This document shows, in pieces, positions 1 through 9,961 of a DNA stretch of 50,509 nucleotides (positions are counted from its first letter, which is position 1; every line of letters begins with the position of its first letter). Both the position numbers and the translations under genes were made by a program. Where the stretch lies: contig DASRGZ010000011.1 in the NCBI GenBank assembly GCA_035650735.1, positions 1 through 50,509 on the forward strand, given 5' to 3'. The notes beneath the pieces are model-generated. The model was not told the DNA's origin and searched no databases. It worked only from the letters and a program-made list of their open reading frames with translations. Source of the stretch: Chthonomonadaceae bacterium. Lineage in GTDB: Bacteria > Armatimonadota > Chthonomonadetes > Chthonomonadales > Chthonomonadaceae.

Positions 1-74
1 AGGATTACACAAAGGTAGAGAAACAAGGCTTATCTGTGAGGTTGAAATCCAGTTCATCCCGTTCATCCTGTCCA
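1..74. repeat. Partial 'GGATT/AATCC' long-palindrome repeat (family B), cut by the window edge
   Basis: AGGATTACA...GAAATCCAGTTCATCCCGTTCATCCTGTC matches the arms of the copies at 16004-16132 and 47830-47989. Confidence 0.7.
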
Positions 75-167
75 AAGGCTTTTGTCTTTCTCTCTTTCTC
101 TTGGCTTTTCTCCGTGTGGCTTTTCCTCCGTGTCTCCGTGCCTCTAGCGTTAGCGGGTGGTTCACAT

Positions 168-1904
168 TTACTGCTCGTCTTCGGTGTCGTAGCAGGAGTA
201 GAAGTAGGGCGTGGCCGCTTCAAACTCCGCTGCGCACGTATCCACCATCTTATACGTGGGCACGATGCCCAACCGCTTGCGCAGCGCGCGCAGCTTCATC
301 TCCGGAATGCCCGCAAAATCGGCGATGGTTCGGTCGGCAAACCCGGCGTGCTTGGCCTCGCGCAGCAGCTTTAAGATGCGGTGATGCGCCGTCTCCAGGC
401 AGTTCACCTTCTCGCCTCCGGGCGCGTTGACCTCAGACGTGCCGTTGCCCTCCTCCGCAAGGCGCGCGATGGCGCGTCCGTTGAGCTTTAAGCGCGTCTC
501 CAGAGCTACCAGCCCTTCCAGCTTGCGCAGGAACCAGGGGTCAATGTTGCTGAGGGCCTGTATCTCTTCGACCATCATGCCGCGCCGGAAGCCCTCCGTG
601 ATCGCCCACAGCCGCTCGTCGTTGGGGACGCGGATCGCCTCCTCCAGCTGGATATCGCTCAATTGATGGCCGGTCTTGTTCGCCAGGCCGTAGATCCCGA
701 CCTCCAGAGACCGAATAGCCTTCATTAGCGCCGGCTCAAAGGCGCGATCTATCGCCATGACCTCGCCGGTCGCCTTCATCTGCGTGCCGATACGCCGGTC
801 TGCCACCGTAAACTTATCGAAAGGCCAGCGCGGGATCTTGACTACGCAGTAGTCCAGCGCCGGCTCAAAGCAGGCCAGCGTCTTCTTTGTGACTGCGTTC
901 TCGATCTCGTCCAGGCGCAGGCCGATGGCGATCTTGGAGGCGACGCGCGCTATCGGGTAGCCCGTCGCCTTGGAGGCTAGCGCAGACGAACGCGACACGC
1001 GCGGATTGACCTCGATGACGTAGTAGGCGAACGAGTTTGGGTCTAGCGCCAACTGGACATTGCAGCCGCCCTCGATGCCCAGCGCCCGGATGATCTTGAG
1101 CGAGGCCGTGCGCAGCATCTGGTACTCTTTGTCGGAGAGCGTCTGCGAGGGCGCGACCACGATGCTGTCGCCCGTATGGACGCCCATCGGGTCAAGGTTC
1201 TCCATGTTACAGACGGTGATGGCGGTATCGTTGGCGTCGCGCATCACCTCGTACTCGATCTCTTTCCAGCCGGACAGGTAGCGCTCGACCATCACCTGAT
1301 GCCGCATGGAGAGCGCCAGGCCGCGCCGGGCGATCTCGTAAAGCTCAGCCTCGTTGTGGGCGATGCCGCCGCCCGTGCCGCCCAGCGTGTAGGCCGGGCG
1401 CACGATCAGCGGCCAGATGCCTGCCGCCGCCGGCTCGGCCAGTTGCCGCTCATCGGTGATGATCCAGGATTCCGGGACCGGCTCTCCGATGGCCCGCATC
1501 AGCGCCCGGAACTCCTGCCGGTCTTCCGCCTTTCGGATGGATTCGAGCGGCGTGCCCAACAGCCGGACGTTGTATTTTTCCAGGATGCCCGCCTCGGCCA
1601 ACTGCGTCGCCAGGTTCAGTCCCGTCTGCCCGCCCAGTGTCGGCAGCAGGCCGTCGGGTCGCTCGCGCGCCATAACCCTATCGGCGAACTCTACGGTCAG
1701 CGGCTCGATGTAGACCCGGTCGGCCACTTCGGTATCCGTCATGATGGTGGCCGGGTTGGAGTTCACCAGAACGACGGAGACGCCTTCCTCGCGCAGGGCA
1801 CGACAGGCCTGCGTTCCGGCGTAATCGAACTCGGCGGCCTGACCGATAATGATCGGCCCGGACCCGATGACCATAACCTTCTTAATATCTGCGTTCTTTG
1901 GCAT
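168..1904 (-). CDS. carB: Carbamoyl-phosphate synthase large subunit, N-terminal half only (578 aa)
   Basis: Starts [27 protein letters not shown]; has [23 protein letters not shown]; ends at [19 protein letters not shown] then TAA, the junction between the two CarB halves. Confidence 0.95.
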   Translation of the reverse strand: MPKNADIKKVMVIGSGPIIIGQAAEFDYAGTQACRALREEGVSVVLVNSNPATIMTDTEVADRVYIEPLTVEFADRVMARERPDGLLPTLGGQTGLNLATQLAEAGILEKYNVRLLGTPLESIRKAEDRQEFRALMRAIGEPVPESWIITDERQLAEPAAAGIWPLIVRPAYTLGGTGGGIAHNEAELYEIARRGLALSMRHQVMVERYLSGWKEIEYEVMRDANDTAITVCNMENLDPMGVHTGDSIVVAPSQTLSDKEYQMLRTASLKIIRALGIEGGCNVQLALDPNSFAYYVIEVNPRVSRSSALASKATGYPIARVASKIAIGLRLDEIENAVTKKTLACFEPALDYCVVKIPRWPFDKFTVADRRIGTQMKATGEVMAIDRAFEPALMKAIRSLEVGIYGLANKTGHQLSDIQLEEAIRVPNDERLWAITEGFRRGMMVEEIQALSNIDPWFLRKLEGLVALETRLKLNGRAIARLAEEGNGTSEVNAPGGEKVNCLETAHHRILKLLREAKHAGFADRTIADFAGIPEMKLRALRKRLGIVPTYKMVDTCAAEFEAATPYFYSCYDTEDEQ

Positions 1905-1930
1905 AATTAGACAGAGAACTCCATCCTATT

Positions 1931-2066
1931 GACCCTAACCCTCCGGTACCGCTCCCGGTTGACCTAACCCCCCGTTCCCTTCCCTCGTAGGGAAGGGGGT
2001 GACCCGGCTTCACCTTTCCCCTCTCCCGCAGCGTGGGAGAGGGGTGGCCGCAGGCCGGGATGAGGG
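1931..2066. repeat. REP-like composite palindrome (family A)
   Basis: GACCTAACCCCC, CCTTCCCTCGTAGGGAAGG and CCCTCTCCCGCAGCGTGGGAGAGGG hairpins, ending TGAGGGC; same modules at 5876, 20077, 38715. Confidence 0.85.
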
Positions 2067-3928
2067 CCACCAGGGCTGGAGCCGAGTTCTCCCGGCACCG
2101 CGTACACGCCGACCGAAAAGCGGAGCAGACGCGGAAACAGATGCACCCGGCGCTCCGGCGCGACGAGATCCGGGTAGTGCTTCATCCACCAACGCTCCTT
2201 CCAATTGCCGTCCAGAATAAGAATGTAGCGTGGGGCCGGCGCGAACCGCTCCACCGGCTGGTGGTCGTTGCATAGATCCACCTGGACGTGGATCGCCTTG
2301 AATCGATTATTCAGGCATAAGCACGGCGCGATATCGCCCAACAGAACGCTGTCGGGCGGCAAATGCGCGGCAAGCCACCGGTCAGCCTGTTTCTGCCGAT
2401 AGGTCAGATGCAGGAGCCAGCCGCCCATCCAGTAGAGATTGATCACGGCCCACACCCCAAGCACCGCCGCCGGAAGCACCGCTCCTCTGCGGAACAGATC
2501 CTTTGGGAGCCATTGTCCGACGCGCGGCCAGGCCCACAGCAGCGCCATGACCACACCGGTAAAGACATAAAGCGCCACGTCGGTGCTCCGGCTGGCATGA
2601 TGCAGGAACGCCTCTGCCACATGGTAGGCCAGGAAGCCGCCCAGCAGCACGCGCAGGGGCGTATTCTCTGCCAGTTCCGCGCCGATCTCGCGCAGATGGA
2701 CCAGCGCCAGCGCCGCCACCGCCGCCATCACCGGATAGAACAGCACATAATAACGGCTCGGCGAGTAGGAGATCACCGCCAGCACGGCCCACATCGCCAA
2801 CAGCCACAACCCCAGGAACAGGACGCCTGCGGTCTGGGCGGGCGAGAACCGTCCCGCAGGCCGACGGCGCCACCAGAACAGTCCCGCCAGGGCCAGCGCA
2901 AACTGCACGGGCGTATGGCGGACCAGGTAGGGCGACATACCTCGGTCGTCCCCGAAGAGCCCATGGACGATGTTCTGGCGTAGATGGTTGAGGCTATGGG
3001 GCATCATCTGATTCCGGAGGTAGTAGACGTTAAAGTGCGCCAACTCCGCCCGATGCGGCGCGTACCACAGCACCAGGTAAAGTCCCAGTGCCACCCCCAG
3101 CCCGACAAGCACCGCCAGGCTGGCCCGCCTCCACGCGCTCAGCTTCATCTGCCCGCGCATCATCCACAGCGCCACCAGCGGCGCCGGCAGCAGAAACGCG
3201 CACAGCCCGCGCGTCATATAGGCCAGCGCCAGCCAAAGGCCACACCAGAACAGGGACAGCGCGGAAGCGCGAGCCGCCTTCCGTATCCCTACGCTTTGCG
3301 CCGCAACCCCTGGCTCCCGGCCCTTTTCCTCTTCCTGCTTTTCCGTTCCCCGAACGAAGGCGGCAAACGCGCAGACCAGCAGCAGAGCGGCGGGCGTGTC
3401 CATCAGGGCCATGCGGTTATAGAGCAGGTACGAATGGTCCAGCCCCAAAAACAGCGTGGCGATGGCCGCCACCCGCAACCCGAACAGTCGGCGCAGCGCC
3501 GCAAAGAATATCGGCAGAGTCAGCAGGCTCAGAACCACTGAGATCAGCCGGGCCTGCACCGCTCCCACGCCTGCCAGGGTAAAGACGGCCACTTGCAGGT
3601 AGTGGAGGGCGGGCATGATCAGCATATTATTAAAATCGTCCGTGGCCGGATGCCCGAAGAGCACCTGGTTGCGGGCGTTATGGATGTAGAAGCCTTCATC
3701 CGTCAGCAGCCCGCTGCTCCAGGACAGACGCGGGTAGGCGTCCGAGTCCAGGGCCACCACCCGCAGCCCCACCATCAGCGCCAGGATAAGGATCAGCACG
3801 CCCCCGGCCAGCAGGCCGTTCCAGGGCTTTGCCGCTCCCGGCCTGCTGCCGTCCGCAAGACCTGTCGAGTCAGCGGGACGGGCGCTCCGTTGGGCCTGGT
3901 CTTCTCTATCGGCCCGGAAGATGACCAT
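1964..3928 (-). CDS. Multi-pass membrane glycosyltransferase, GT-C fold (PMT_2/ArnT-like)
   Basis: Many hydrophobic segments, periplasmic 'TDEGFY' DE motif, ALMDT motif; start placed at the ATG just after the lepB stop (alternative start 3997). Confidence 0.75.
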   Translation of the reverse strand: MVIFRADREDQAQRSARPADSTGLADGSRPGAAKPWNGLLAGGVLILILALMVGLRVVALDSDAYPRLSWSSGLLTDEGFYIHNARNQVLFGHPATDDFNNMLIMPALHYLQVAVFTLAGVGAVQARLISVVLSLLTLPIFFAALRRLFGLRVAAIATLFLGLDHSYLLYNRMALMDTPAALLLVCAFAAFVRGTEKQEEEKGREPGVAAQSVGIRKAARASALSLFWCGLWLALAYMTRGLCAFLLPAPLVALWMMRGQMKLSAWRRASLAVLVGLGVALGLYLVLWYAPHRAELAHFNVYYLRNQMMPHSLNHLRQNIVHGLFGDDRGMSPYLVRHTPVQFALALAGLFWWRRRPAGRFSPAQTAGVLFLGLWLLAMWAVLAVISYSPSRYYVLFYPVMAAVAALALVHLREIGAELAENTPLRVLLGGFLAYHVAEAFLHHASRSTDVALYVFTGVVMALLWAWPRVGQWLPKDLFRRGAVLPAAVLGVWAVINLYWMGGWLLHLTYRQKQADRWLAAHLPPDSVLLGDIAPCLCLNNRFKAIHVQVDLCNDHQPVERFAPAPRYILILDGNWKERWWMKHYPDLVAPERRVHLFPRLLRFSVGVYAVPGELGSSPGGPHPGLRPPLSHAAGEGKGEAGSPPSLRGKGTGG

Positions 3929-3941
3929 TTGCCCAGGCGTG

Positions 3942-4706
3942 TTATGGAGATTGCGGGCGGCTCTCTTCTTGTCGGGCACGTTTCTCGTTGGGGCCATTCT
4001 CTCCCTCATTCCAGAGCACCTTGACAAACTTACCGATGATCTGGTCGCGCTTCAGCGGCCCCCAGAAGCGCCCGTCTTCGCTGTTGTTGCGATTATCGCC
4101 CAGCACAAAGACTTCATCCGGCCCCAGCTTAAGCGGATTGTCCTCGGTGGCAAAGGCATACTCCTGAAACTCCGGATGGTCTACCGGGATAATAGGATAG
4201 TTCTCGGTAAGCTTCGTGCCGTTGATATAGACATCATTGCCGCGTATCATCACCGTCTCCCCCGGCAGCCCGATGACGCGCTTGATCAGGACGTCCTTCG
4301 ACTCCTTCTGAAACAGGAAAAACTTGCGCCTGCCTCCCTCTTCGGAATTTTGATCCTGAGAGCCTTGCTCCTGGGCGCTGGCGGCGTTGTCCCCGCCTGG
4401 GCCGCCTTTCCCCTCGGGCAAAACGAAGGTGATGATGTCGCCGCGCGCCGGCATGCGTCCATTGGCAAAGGCCAGCCAGGCGCGCATGGTCAGCACATGA
4501 TCGCCCGGCTTAATGCCGGGCAACATGCTTTCGGAGGGAATGAAGTTGGTGGTAAACGCATACACCACAAACACGAGCACCAACAGGAAGGGAAAAATAA
4601 TTTTCAGGCGGCGTCGCGTGCGCTGGTTGCGTGCCTCGCGTCGCGCGCGCGAATCGGCCTGACTGCGGGGACTACCTGGGTTCACTGGAGGATTCTGGGT
4701 TTGCAT
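3942..4706 (-). CDS. lepB: Signal peptidase I
   Basis: IPSESMLP (catalytic Ser), LIKRVIGLPGE (Lys), FVLGDNRNNSEDGRFWG. Confidence 0.93.
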   Translation of the reverse strand: MQTQNPPVNPGSPRSQADSRARREARNQRTRRRLKIIFPFLLVLVFVVYAFTTNFIPSESMLPGIKPGDHVLTMRAWLAFANGRMPARGDIITFVLPEGKGGPGGDNAASAQEQGSQDQNSEEGGRRKFFLFQKESKDVLIKRVIGLPGETVMIRGNDVYINGTKLTENYPIIPVDHPEFQEYAFATEDNPLKLGPDEVFVLGDNRNNSEDGRFWGPLKRDQIIGKFVKVLWNEGENGPNEKRARQEESRPQSP

Positions 4707-5835
4707 GCGTTTCTCCCTGCGCCTGCTGCATCATCGCCACAAACTGTCGGAAGAAGTAGGCGCTGTCGGTCGGACCGGGGGATGCTTCCGGGTGGTACTG
4801 GATCGAGAAGATGGGCAGTTCCCGATGCCGCAACCCTTCGACGGTGCCGTCGTTGAGATTGATGTGGGCGACCTCCATACCATCCTGGAGGCCGTCGGGA
4901 TCTACCGCGTAGCCATGATTTTGCGACGTGATATAGACCCGCCCGGTCGTCAGGTCTTTGACCGGGTGGTTGCTGCCACGATGTCCAAATTTTAGCTTAA
5001 AAGTGCGACTTCCGAACGCATAGCCGAGGATCTGGTTACCCAGGCAGACGCCCATGATAGGCTTCTTGCCGACGAGAGCGCGCACCGTATCTACGATATA
5101 GCCGAGCTGCGCCGGATCGCCGGGGCCGGGCGAGAGCAGGATCCCGTCGGGATCGGCGCGCAGAATTTCAGAGGCCGACGCCGTACAGGGGTAGACCGTC
5201 GTTTCGCAGCCAAGATGGGCCAGGTTGCGGAGAATGTTGTACTTAACGCCGCAGTCAAGCAGCGCGACGCGCAGGGGCGGCTCGGAGCGTTCTATGGACT
5301 CCGCCTCCACTTCATGGGGCCAATCGGCCTGTACCGGCCAGCGGTAGGGCTGCTCGGTGGTCACTTTGCGCACGTAGTCCACGCCGGCGTAGTCGGGTGC
5401 CGCCTTCAGACGGGCCAGAAGCTGCGCGGGCGTATCCTCGGTGGAGATGGCGCCCATCATCACGCCGCGCACGCGCAGGGCGCGGGTGAGGGCGCGGGTA
5501 TCCACCCCCTGGATGCCGACGACGCCCCGCTCCCGGAGAAACGCATCCAGGCTTTGCGCGGCCCGCCAGTTGCTCGGCACATCGGCGGCTTCCCGCACGA
5601 TGAAGCCTTCCACCTGCACGCGCCGCGACTCGAAGTCGTCGGGATTGATGCCGTAGTTGCCGACCAGAGGATAGGTCAAGGCGACGATCTGCCCCGCGTA
5701 GGACGGATCGGTCAGTATCTCCTGGTAGCCGGTCATGCCCGTATTAAAGACGACCTCGCCGTAGGTGCGTCCCGGCGCGCCCAGCGACTCGCCCTCAAAA
5801 ATCGTCCCATCTTCCAATGCCAGAATAGCTCTCAT
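4672..5835 (-). CDS. carA: Carbamoyl-phosphate synthase small subunit
   Basis: GEVVFNTGMTGYQEILTDPSY, GVCLG, SQNHGYAVD, QYHPEASPGP. Confidence 0.97.
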   Translation of the reverse strand: MRAILALEDGTIFEGESLGAPGRTYGEVVFNTGMTGYQEILTDPSYAGQIVALTYPLVGNYGINPDDFESRRVQVEGFIVREAADVPSNWRAAQSLDAFLRERGVVGIQGVDTRALTRALRVRGVMMGAISTEDTPAQLLARLKAAPDYAGVDYVRKVTTEQPYRWPVQADWPHEVEAESIERSEPPLRVALLDCGVKYNILRNLAHLGCETTVYPCTASASEILRADPDGILLSPGPGDPAQLGYIVDTVRALVGKKPIMGVCLGNQILGYAFGSRTFKLKFGHRGSNHPVKDLTTGRVYITSQNHGYAVDPDGLQDGMEVAHINLNDGTVEGLRHRELPIFSIQYHPEASPGPTDSAYFFRQFVAMMQQAQGETHANPESSSEPR

Positions 5836-5875
5836 ACTTCCCCTAGTAATCTCAAGCTTCCTTCTCTCGTGTGTT

Positions 5876-6232
5876 ACCTAACCCCCCGGCCCCCTTTCCT
5901 ACAAGGGAAGGGAGGGACCCGGCTTTTCCTCTCCCCTCCCCTGTTCTTGGGGATCGCTAGGCGGAGTGCCGAACCGTTATAGGCCCGCCCCTGGCAGTGG
6001 GATAAAGGGGTGGGGGCCGCTCCCCTCTCCCGCAGCGTGGATCGCCAGGCGGAGGGGTGTGGCAAGGCAGAGCCGTGTCGCAAGGCGGAGGCAAGGGCCG
6101 TACCCTTGCCGACCCTGGCAGTGAGGCGAACCATGGTAGCCCCGACCCTTGCAGTAGGGGCCGGGGTGAGGGCGCCCCTACACCCTATACCCTACTCCCT
6201 ACACCCTGCATGAGGGGCCGGGGGTGAGGGCC
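5876..6232. repeat. REP-like composite (family A) with nested 45-nt cassettes and a heptamer tandem repeat
   Basis: Family A hairpins interrupted by TCGCNAGGCGGAG...CCCTNGCAGT units (5954-5998, 6042-6155); five CCCTRYW-like heptamers at 6176-6210. Confidence 0.85.
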
Positions 6233-6247
6233 ATGTCTGCTTCCTTT

Positions 6248-6988
6248 TTATGTGCGTGCAACCGCGACCAACCGCCGCGCCGTGTGGTCGTAGGGTGAGC
6301 CGGAGAGGTCGCCGTAAATCTCGACATCCCGGAAGTCATACTCTTTCAATAGGGCGTAGAGTTCCGCGCCCGAGTAGAGGCGGTGCGAGACGGTGAACTC
6401 GCGCCGCGCATTCCCCTGGATGACGATCCAGCGCCCATCTATCCAGCTCCAAAACCGGCTGATCTTCGGTTCTTGCAGGAGCAGCACGCCCTCCTTCTCC
6501 TCCCAGAACCGTTCGCGAAAGTTGCGCGCGAGCACCTCCTTGCCCACAATATCCATGACCAGCGTCCCGCCCGGCTTGAGGGAGCGGCGCAGGTTGGCGA
6601 TCACCTGGCCGTCGTCGGCAGGGTCTTCAAAGTAGCCGAACGACGTAAAGAGGTTGATGGCCCCGCCGAACGCCTCCGGGCGGCAGAATCGGCGCATATC
6701 TTCTTGAACGAACTCGACGTTCAGCCCCTCGACTTCCGCCTGAGCGCGGGCCTTTTCCAGGTGCGCCGCCGTCCTGTCCACGCCGGTAACCTGGTAGCCG
6801 CGCCGCGCCAGCTCGAGTGAATGCCTGCCGGGGCCACAGCATAGATCGAGAATGGCCGTGCCCGGTTCCAATCCGAGCAGCGTCAGCACCTGGTCCACTT
6901 CCGCAGCGGTCGCCGCCCAGCGTTTCTCATCGAACATCATGGGCGCCGTCGCCTCCCAGAAGGCGTCCAGGTCGTACCAGTCGGTCAT
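6248..6988 (-). CDS. Class I SAM-dependent methyltransferase
   Basis: ILDLCCGPGRH motif I, VTGVD, INLFTSFGYF, LKPGG; ATG (MTDWYDL) 2 nt after the upstream stop. Confidence 0.9.
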   Translation of the reverse strand: MTDWYDLDAFWEATAPMMFDEKRWAATAAEVDQVLTLLGLEPGTAILDLCCGPGRHSLELARRGYQVTGVDRTAAHLEKARAQAEVEGLNVEFVQEDMRRFCRPEAFGGAINLFTSFGYFEDPADDGQVIANLRRSLKPGGTLVMDIVGKEVLARNFRERFWEEKEGVLLLQEPKISRFWSWIDGRWIVIQGNARREFTVSHRLYSGAELYALLKEYDFRDVEIYGDLSGSPYDHTARRLVAVART

Positions 6989-6990
6989 GG

Positions 6991-8631
6991 CTAGTCCAGC
7001 GCTTCCCCGCCGTACAGGCACTCGCCGCCCACGAACGTCGCCTCCACGCGCACGCGCTCCCACTCGTCTACCGGTGTAGCCGTCGGGTCGGCGGTAAGCA
7101 GGGCAAAATCGGCCCACTTGCCGGCCTCGATGCTTCCCCGGTCGCGCTCGGTGCGGGTTGCGTAGGCAGGCGCGGCGGTATAAGCGTAGAGCGCGGCCTC
7201 CGCAGAGAGACGCTCGGCGGCATTCAGGATGCGCCCGCCCGGCGTCTTGCGCTCCAGGGCCGCGCGCAGGCCGTCCAGCGGTGCGCCCGGCACTACCGGA
7301 CAGTCCGAGCTAAACGCCTGCGCGACGTTATGCGCATCCAGGGAGGCGTAAGGCGAGAGGCGATTGGCGCGCTCCTCGCCCAGCGCCATCACATAGGCGT
7401 CGCCCAATCGCAGGATAAACTCCGGCTGGCCGATGCTCCAGATGTTCTGTCGGCGCAGGCGCATTATCAACTCGTCGTCCAACAGCATACAGTGCTCGAT
7501 GCGGTGGCCGGGGCGGTGGCGTGTGCGCTGGCGCTGCGCCTCTGCGTAGGCGGAAAGAACCAGGTTGATGGCGCGGTCGCCGATGGCGTGCGTGGCTATC
7601 TGCCAGCCCGCGTTATGCGCCAGACGGATAAGCTCGCGCAGCTCGTCCGGTGGATGCAGGGGCATCCCGAAGTTGTCCGGCATGCCCTCAAAGGGCCGGC
7701 TGAGCCAGCAGGTGCGGGTGGTGATAGCGCCATCGGAGAAGAGCTTGGCCTGCCCGACGTGCAGCCGATGCCAGTTAATGCCCAGGCCGGTCGGCTGTAG
7801 GTCGTCAGGGCCGGGCACGTTCTTCCCTCCCGCCTGCTTGACCACCTCCGCCCAATTAATCATGCAGGTTGCCCGCACCTGCAAGGCGGCGCGCTCCACC
7901 GCCTGCCGGTAGAGGTCTACATCGCTCGGCTCGGTATTGGCGTCGCTGGCGCTGGTGATGCCGCGCTCCAGCAGATAGCGATTGGCGCGGCCCAGGGCCT
8001 CCACGGCCTCGGCGGGCATCACTTCCGGCAGGATCTTATCCAGGTCGTTCCAGCTGGCCGTCTCCAGCAGCACGCCCGTCGGCTCGCCGCGTGCATCCCG
8101 CACGATCTCGCCGCCGACGGGGTCGGGCGTGTCGCGGGTGATGCCCAGCCGCTCCAGCGCCTTGCTGTTGACGACGGCGGCATGGCCGGAAGTATGGACG
8201 ATGCGCACGGGCACCTCCGCCGAGACCCGATCCAGGTCGTAGCGCGTGACGTGCTGGCCGCCCGGCAGCGCGTTTTGATTGTAGCGGTTGCCCTGCACGC
8301 ACGTCAGATCCGGCTGCGCTTCCAGCCGCTCCCGCAGCAGGCGCACGATGTCTTCCTTATCCTTGACCGGCGGAGAGGAAAGGTCTACGTGGCCGAGGTT
8401 GATGCCCAGCCACAGGATGTGCATGTGGCAGTCGAAGAAGCCGGGAAGGAGCGTGCGCCCGCGCAGGTCTATCACGCGCGTCGCCGCGTCCGCCAGGCTG
8501 CCGACCTGGCTATCCGTCCCGACCGCCAGGATGCGCCCGTCCCGCGCGACGGCGACGGCCTGCGCTTTCGGCTGCGCCGCATCCATCGTCAGGAGGTTGC
8601 CGTTCTGTAAAATCAAGTACGCCAGTGCCAT
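6991..8631 (-). CDS. Amidohydrolase family 3 (YtcJ-like)
   Basis: DLRGRTLLPGFFDCHMH, KLFSDG, HAIGD, RIEH, SSDCPV. Confidence 0.9.
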   Translation of the reverse strand: MALAYLILQNGNLLTMDAAQPKAQAVAVARDGRILAVGTDSQVGSLADAATRVIDLRGRTLLPGFFDCHMHILWLGINLGHVDLSSPPVKDKEDIVRLLRERLEAQPDLTCVQGNRYNQNALPGGQHVTRYDLDRVSAEVPVRIVHTSGHAAVVNSKALERLGITRDTPDPVGGEIVRDARGEPTGVLLETASWNDLDKILPEVMPAEAVEALGRANRYLLERGITSASDANTEPSDVDLYRQAVERAALQVRATCMINWAEVVKQAGGKNVPGPDDLQPTGLGINWHRLHVGQAKLFSDGAITTRTCWLSRPFEGMPDNFGMPLHPPDELRELIRLAHNAGWQIATHAIGDRAINLVLSAYAEAQRQRTRHRPGHRIEHCMLLDDELIMRLRRQNIWSIGQPEFILRLGDAYVMALGEERANRLSPYASLDAHNVAQAFSSDCPVVPGAPLDGLRAALERKTPGGRILNAAERLSAEAALYAYTAAPAYATRTERDRGSIEAGKWADFALLTADPTATPVDEWERVRVEATFVGGECLYGGEALD

Positions 8632-8649
8632 AGTCGCCTCTAATGAGTC

Positions 8650-9930
8650 TTACGGCTGCACTCTCTTTCCGCCGACGAGCGTGAAGACCGCCTTGCCCTG
8701 AAGCTCCCAGCCGTCGAAGGGCGTGTTTTTGGACTTGGACTGAAGGGCGTTGCGGTCCACTTTCCAGACCTTCTCTAAATCCAGCACGGCCACATCGGCG
8801 GGCGCACCGGGCTTGAGCGTGCCGACGTCCTCCGGCAGGCCGAGAACGCGCGCCGGTTCGGCAGTCATCTTGGCGATGGCCGCAGCGAGAGAGAGAATGC
8901 CGGGCTTCACCAGCGTCGTGTAGACCAGCGGGAACGCCGTCTCCAGGCCCAGGATGCCGAAAGGCGCAGCCTCGAATTCGACCTCTTTTTCGTATTCGGC
9001 GTGCGGCGCGTGGTCGGTAGCGATGCAGTCAATCGTGCCGTCTGCCAGCCCCTGCTGGATGGCCTCGCAATCCTCCGGCGTGCGCAGGGGCGGGTTCATC
9101 TTGGCGTTCGTGTTATAGTCCATACAGGCTTCGTCCGTAAGTGCCCAATGATGCGGGCAGGCTTCGCCCGTGACCTTCACGCCCCAGGCTTTGGCTTTGC
9201 GCAGGATGTCTATCGTCTTGGCGGTGGAGATGTGGAGCAGGTGCAGCCGGCAGCCGGTGAGCTTGGCAAGCAGGACGTTGCGGGCGGCAGCGATGTCCTC
9301 GGCAACTCCCGGCATGCCCGGCACGCCCAGGACGGTGGCCGTGTAGCCCTCGTTCATTGCGCCTCTGGCGGTCAGGCTCTTGTCCTCGTTGTGGGTCAGC
9401 AGCGGCAGATCGAGCATGGCGCAGTACTCCATCACGCGACGCATCGTTTCGGCGCTTTGCAGCGGGAAGGCATCGTCGGAGATGGCGACCGCGCCGGCGG
9501 CTTTGAGGTCGGCCATTTCGCTCAGTTGGTCACCCTGCATGGCGCGGGTCGCCGCCCCGATGGGATGGACGCGCGCGCTGCCGACCTGCTCCGCCCGCTC
9601 AAGGATCTGGCGCACGACCGCCGTCGTGTCAATGGCCGGATCGGTGTTGGGCATGCAGCAGACGCGGGTAAAGCCGCCCGCCGCCGCCGCCCGCGTGCCG
9701 CTTTCGATATCTTCCTTGTACTCAAAGCCCGGCTCGCGCAGATGGACATGAATATCAATCAGCCCCGGCGTGACGACCTTGCCGCGCACGTCTATGCGCT
9801 CCGCGCCGTTTGTCGCCTCTCCTGGCGCGACGATGCCGACAATGCGGTCGCCGTCAATCAAGACGTCCGCCTCGCGGTCTATATTCTGCGACGGGTCTAT
9901 CACCCGCCCACCGGCCAAAATCCGTTTCAC
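8650..9930 (-). CDS. pyrC: Dihydroorotase (type I, long form)
   Basis: PGLIDIHVHLREPG, KMNPPLR, ATDHAPH; pyr gene context. Confidence 0.95.
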   Translation of the reverse strand: MKRILAGGRVIDPSQNIDREADVLIDGDRIVGIVAPGEATNGAERIDVRGKVVTPGLIDIHVHLREPGFEYKEDIESGTRAAAAGGFTRVCCMPNTDPAIDTTAVVRQILERAEQVGSARVHPIGAATRAMQGDQLSEMADLKAAGAVAISDDAFPLQSAETMRRVMEYCAMLDLPLLTHNEDKSLTARGAMNEGYTATVLGVPGMPGVAEDIAAARNVLLAKLTGCRLHLLHISTAKTIDILRKAKAWGVKVTGEACPHHWALTDEACMDYNTNAKMNPPLRTPEDCEAIQQGLADGTIDCIATDHAPHAEYEKEVEFEAAPFGILGLETAFPLVYTTLVKPGILSLAAAIAKMTAEPARVLGLPEDVGTLKPGAPADVAVLDLEKVWKVDRNALQSKSKNTPFDGWELQGKAVFTLVGGKRVQP

Positions 9931-9961
9931 CCTTCTCTCCTCTGCGCGGCGCGGGACATGC

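Noticed and set aside
5874..6213. Short ORFs over the repeat composites (also 19978-20250, 38630-38839, 5-223)
   Set aside because: They are translations of palindromic repeats with no RBS or protein-family signal.
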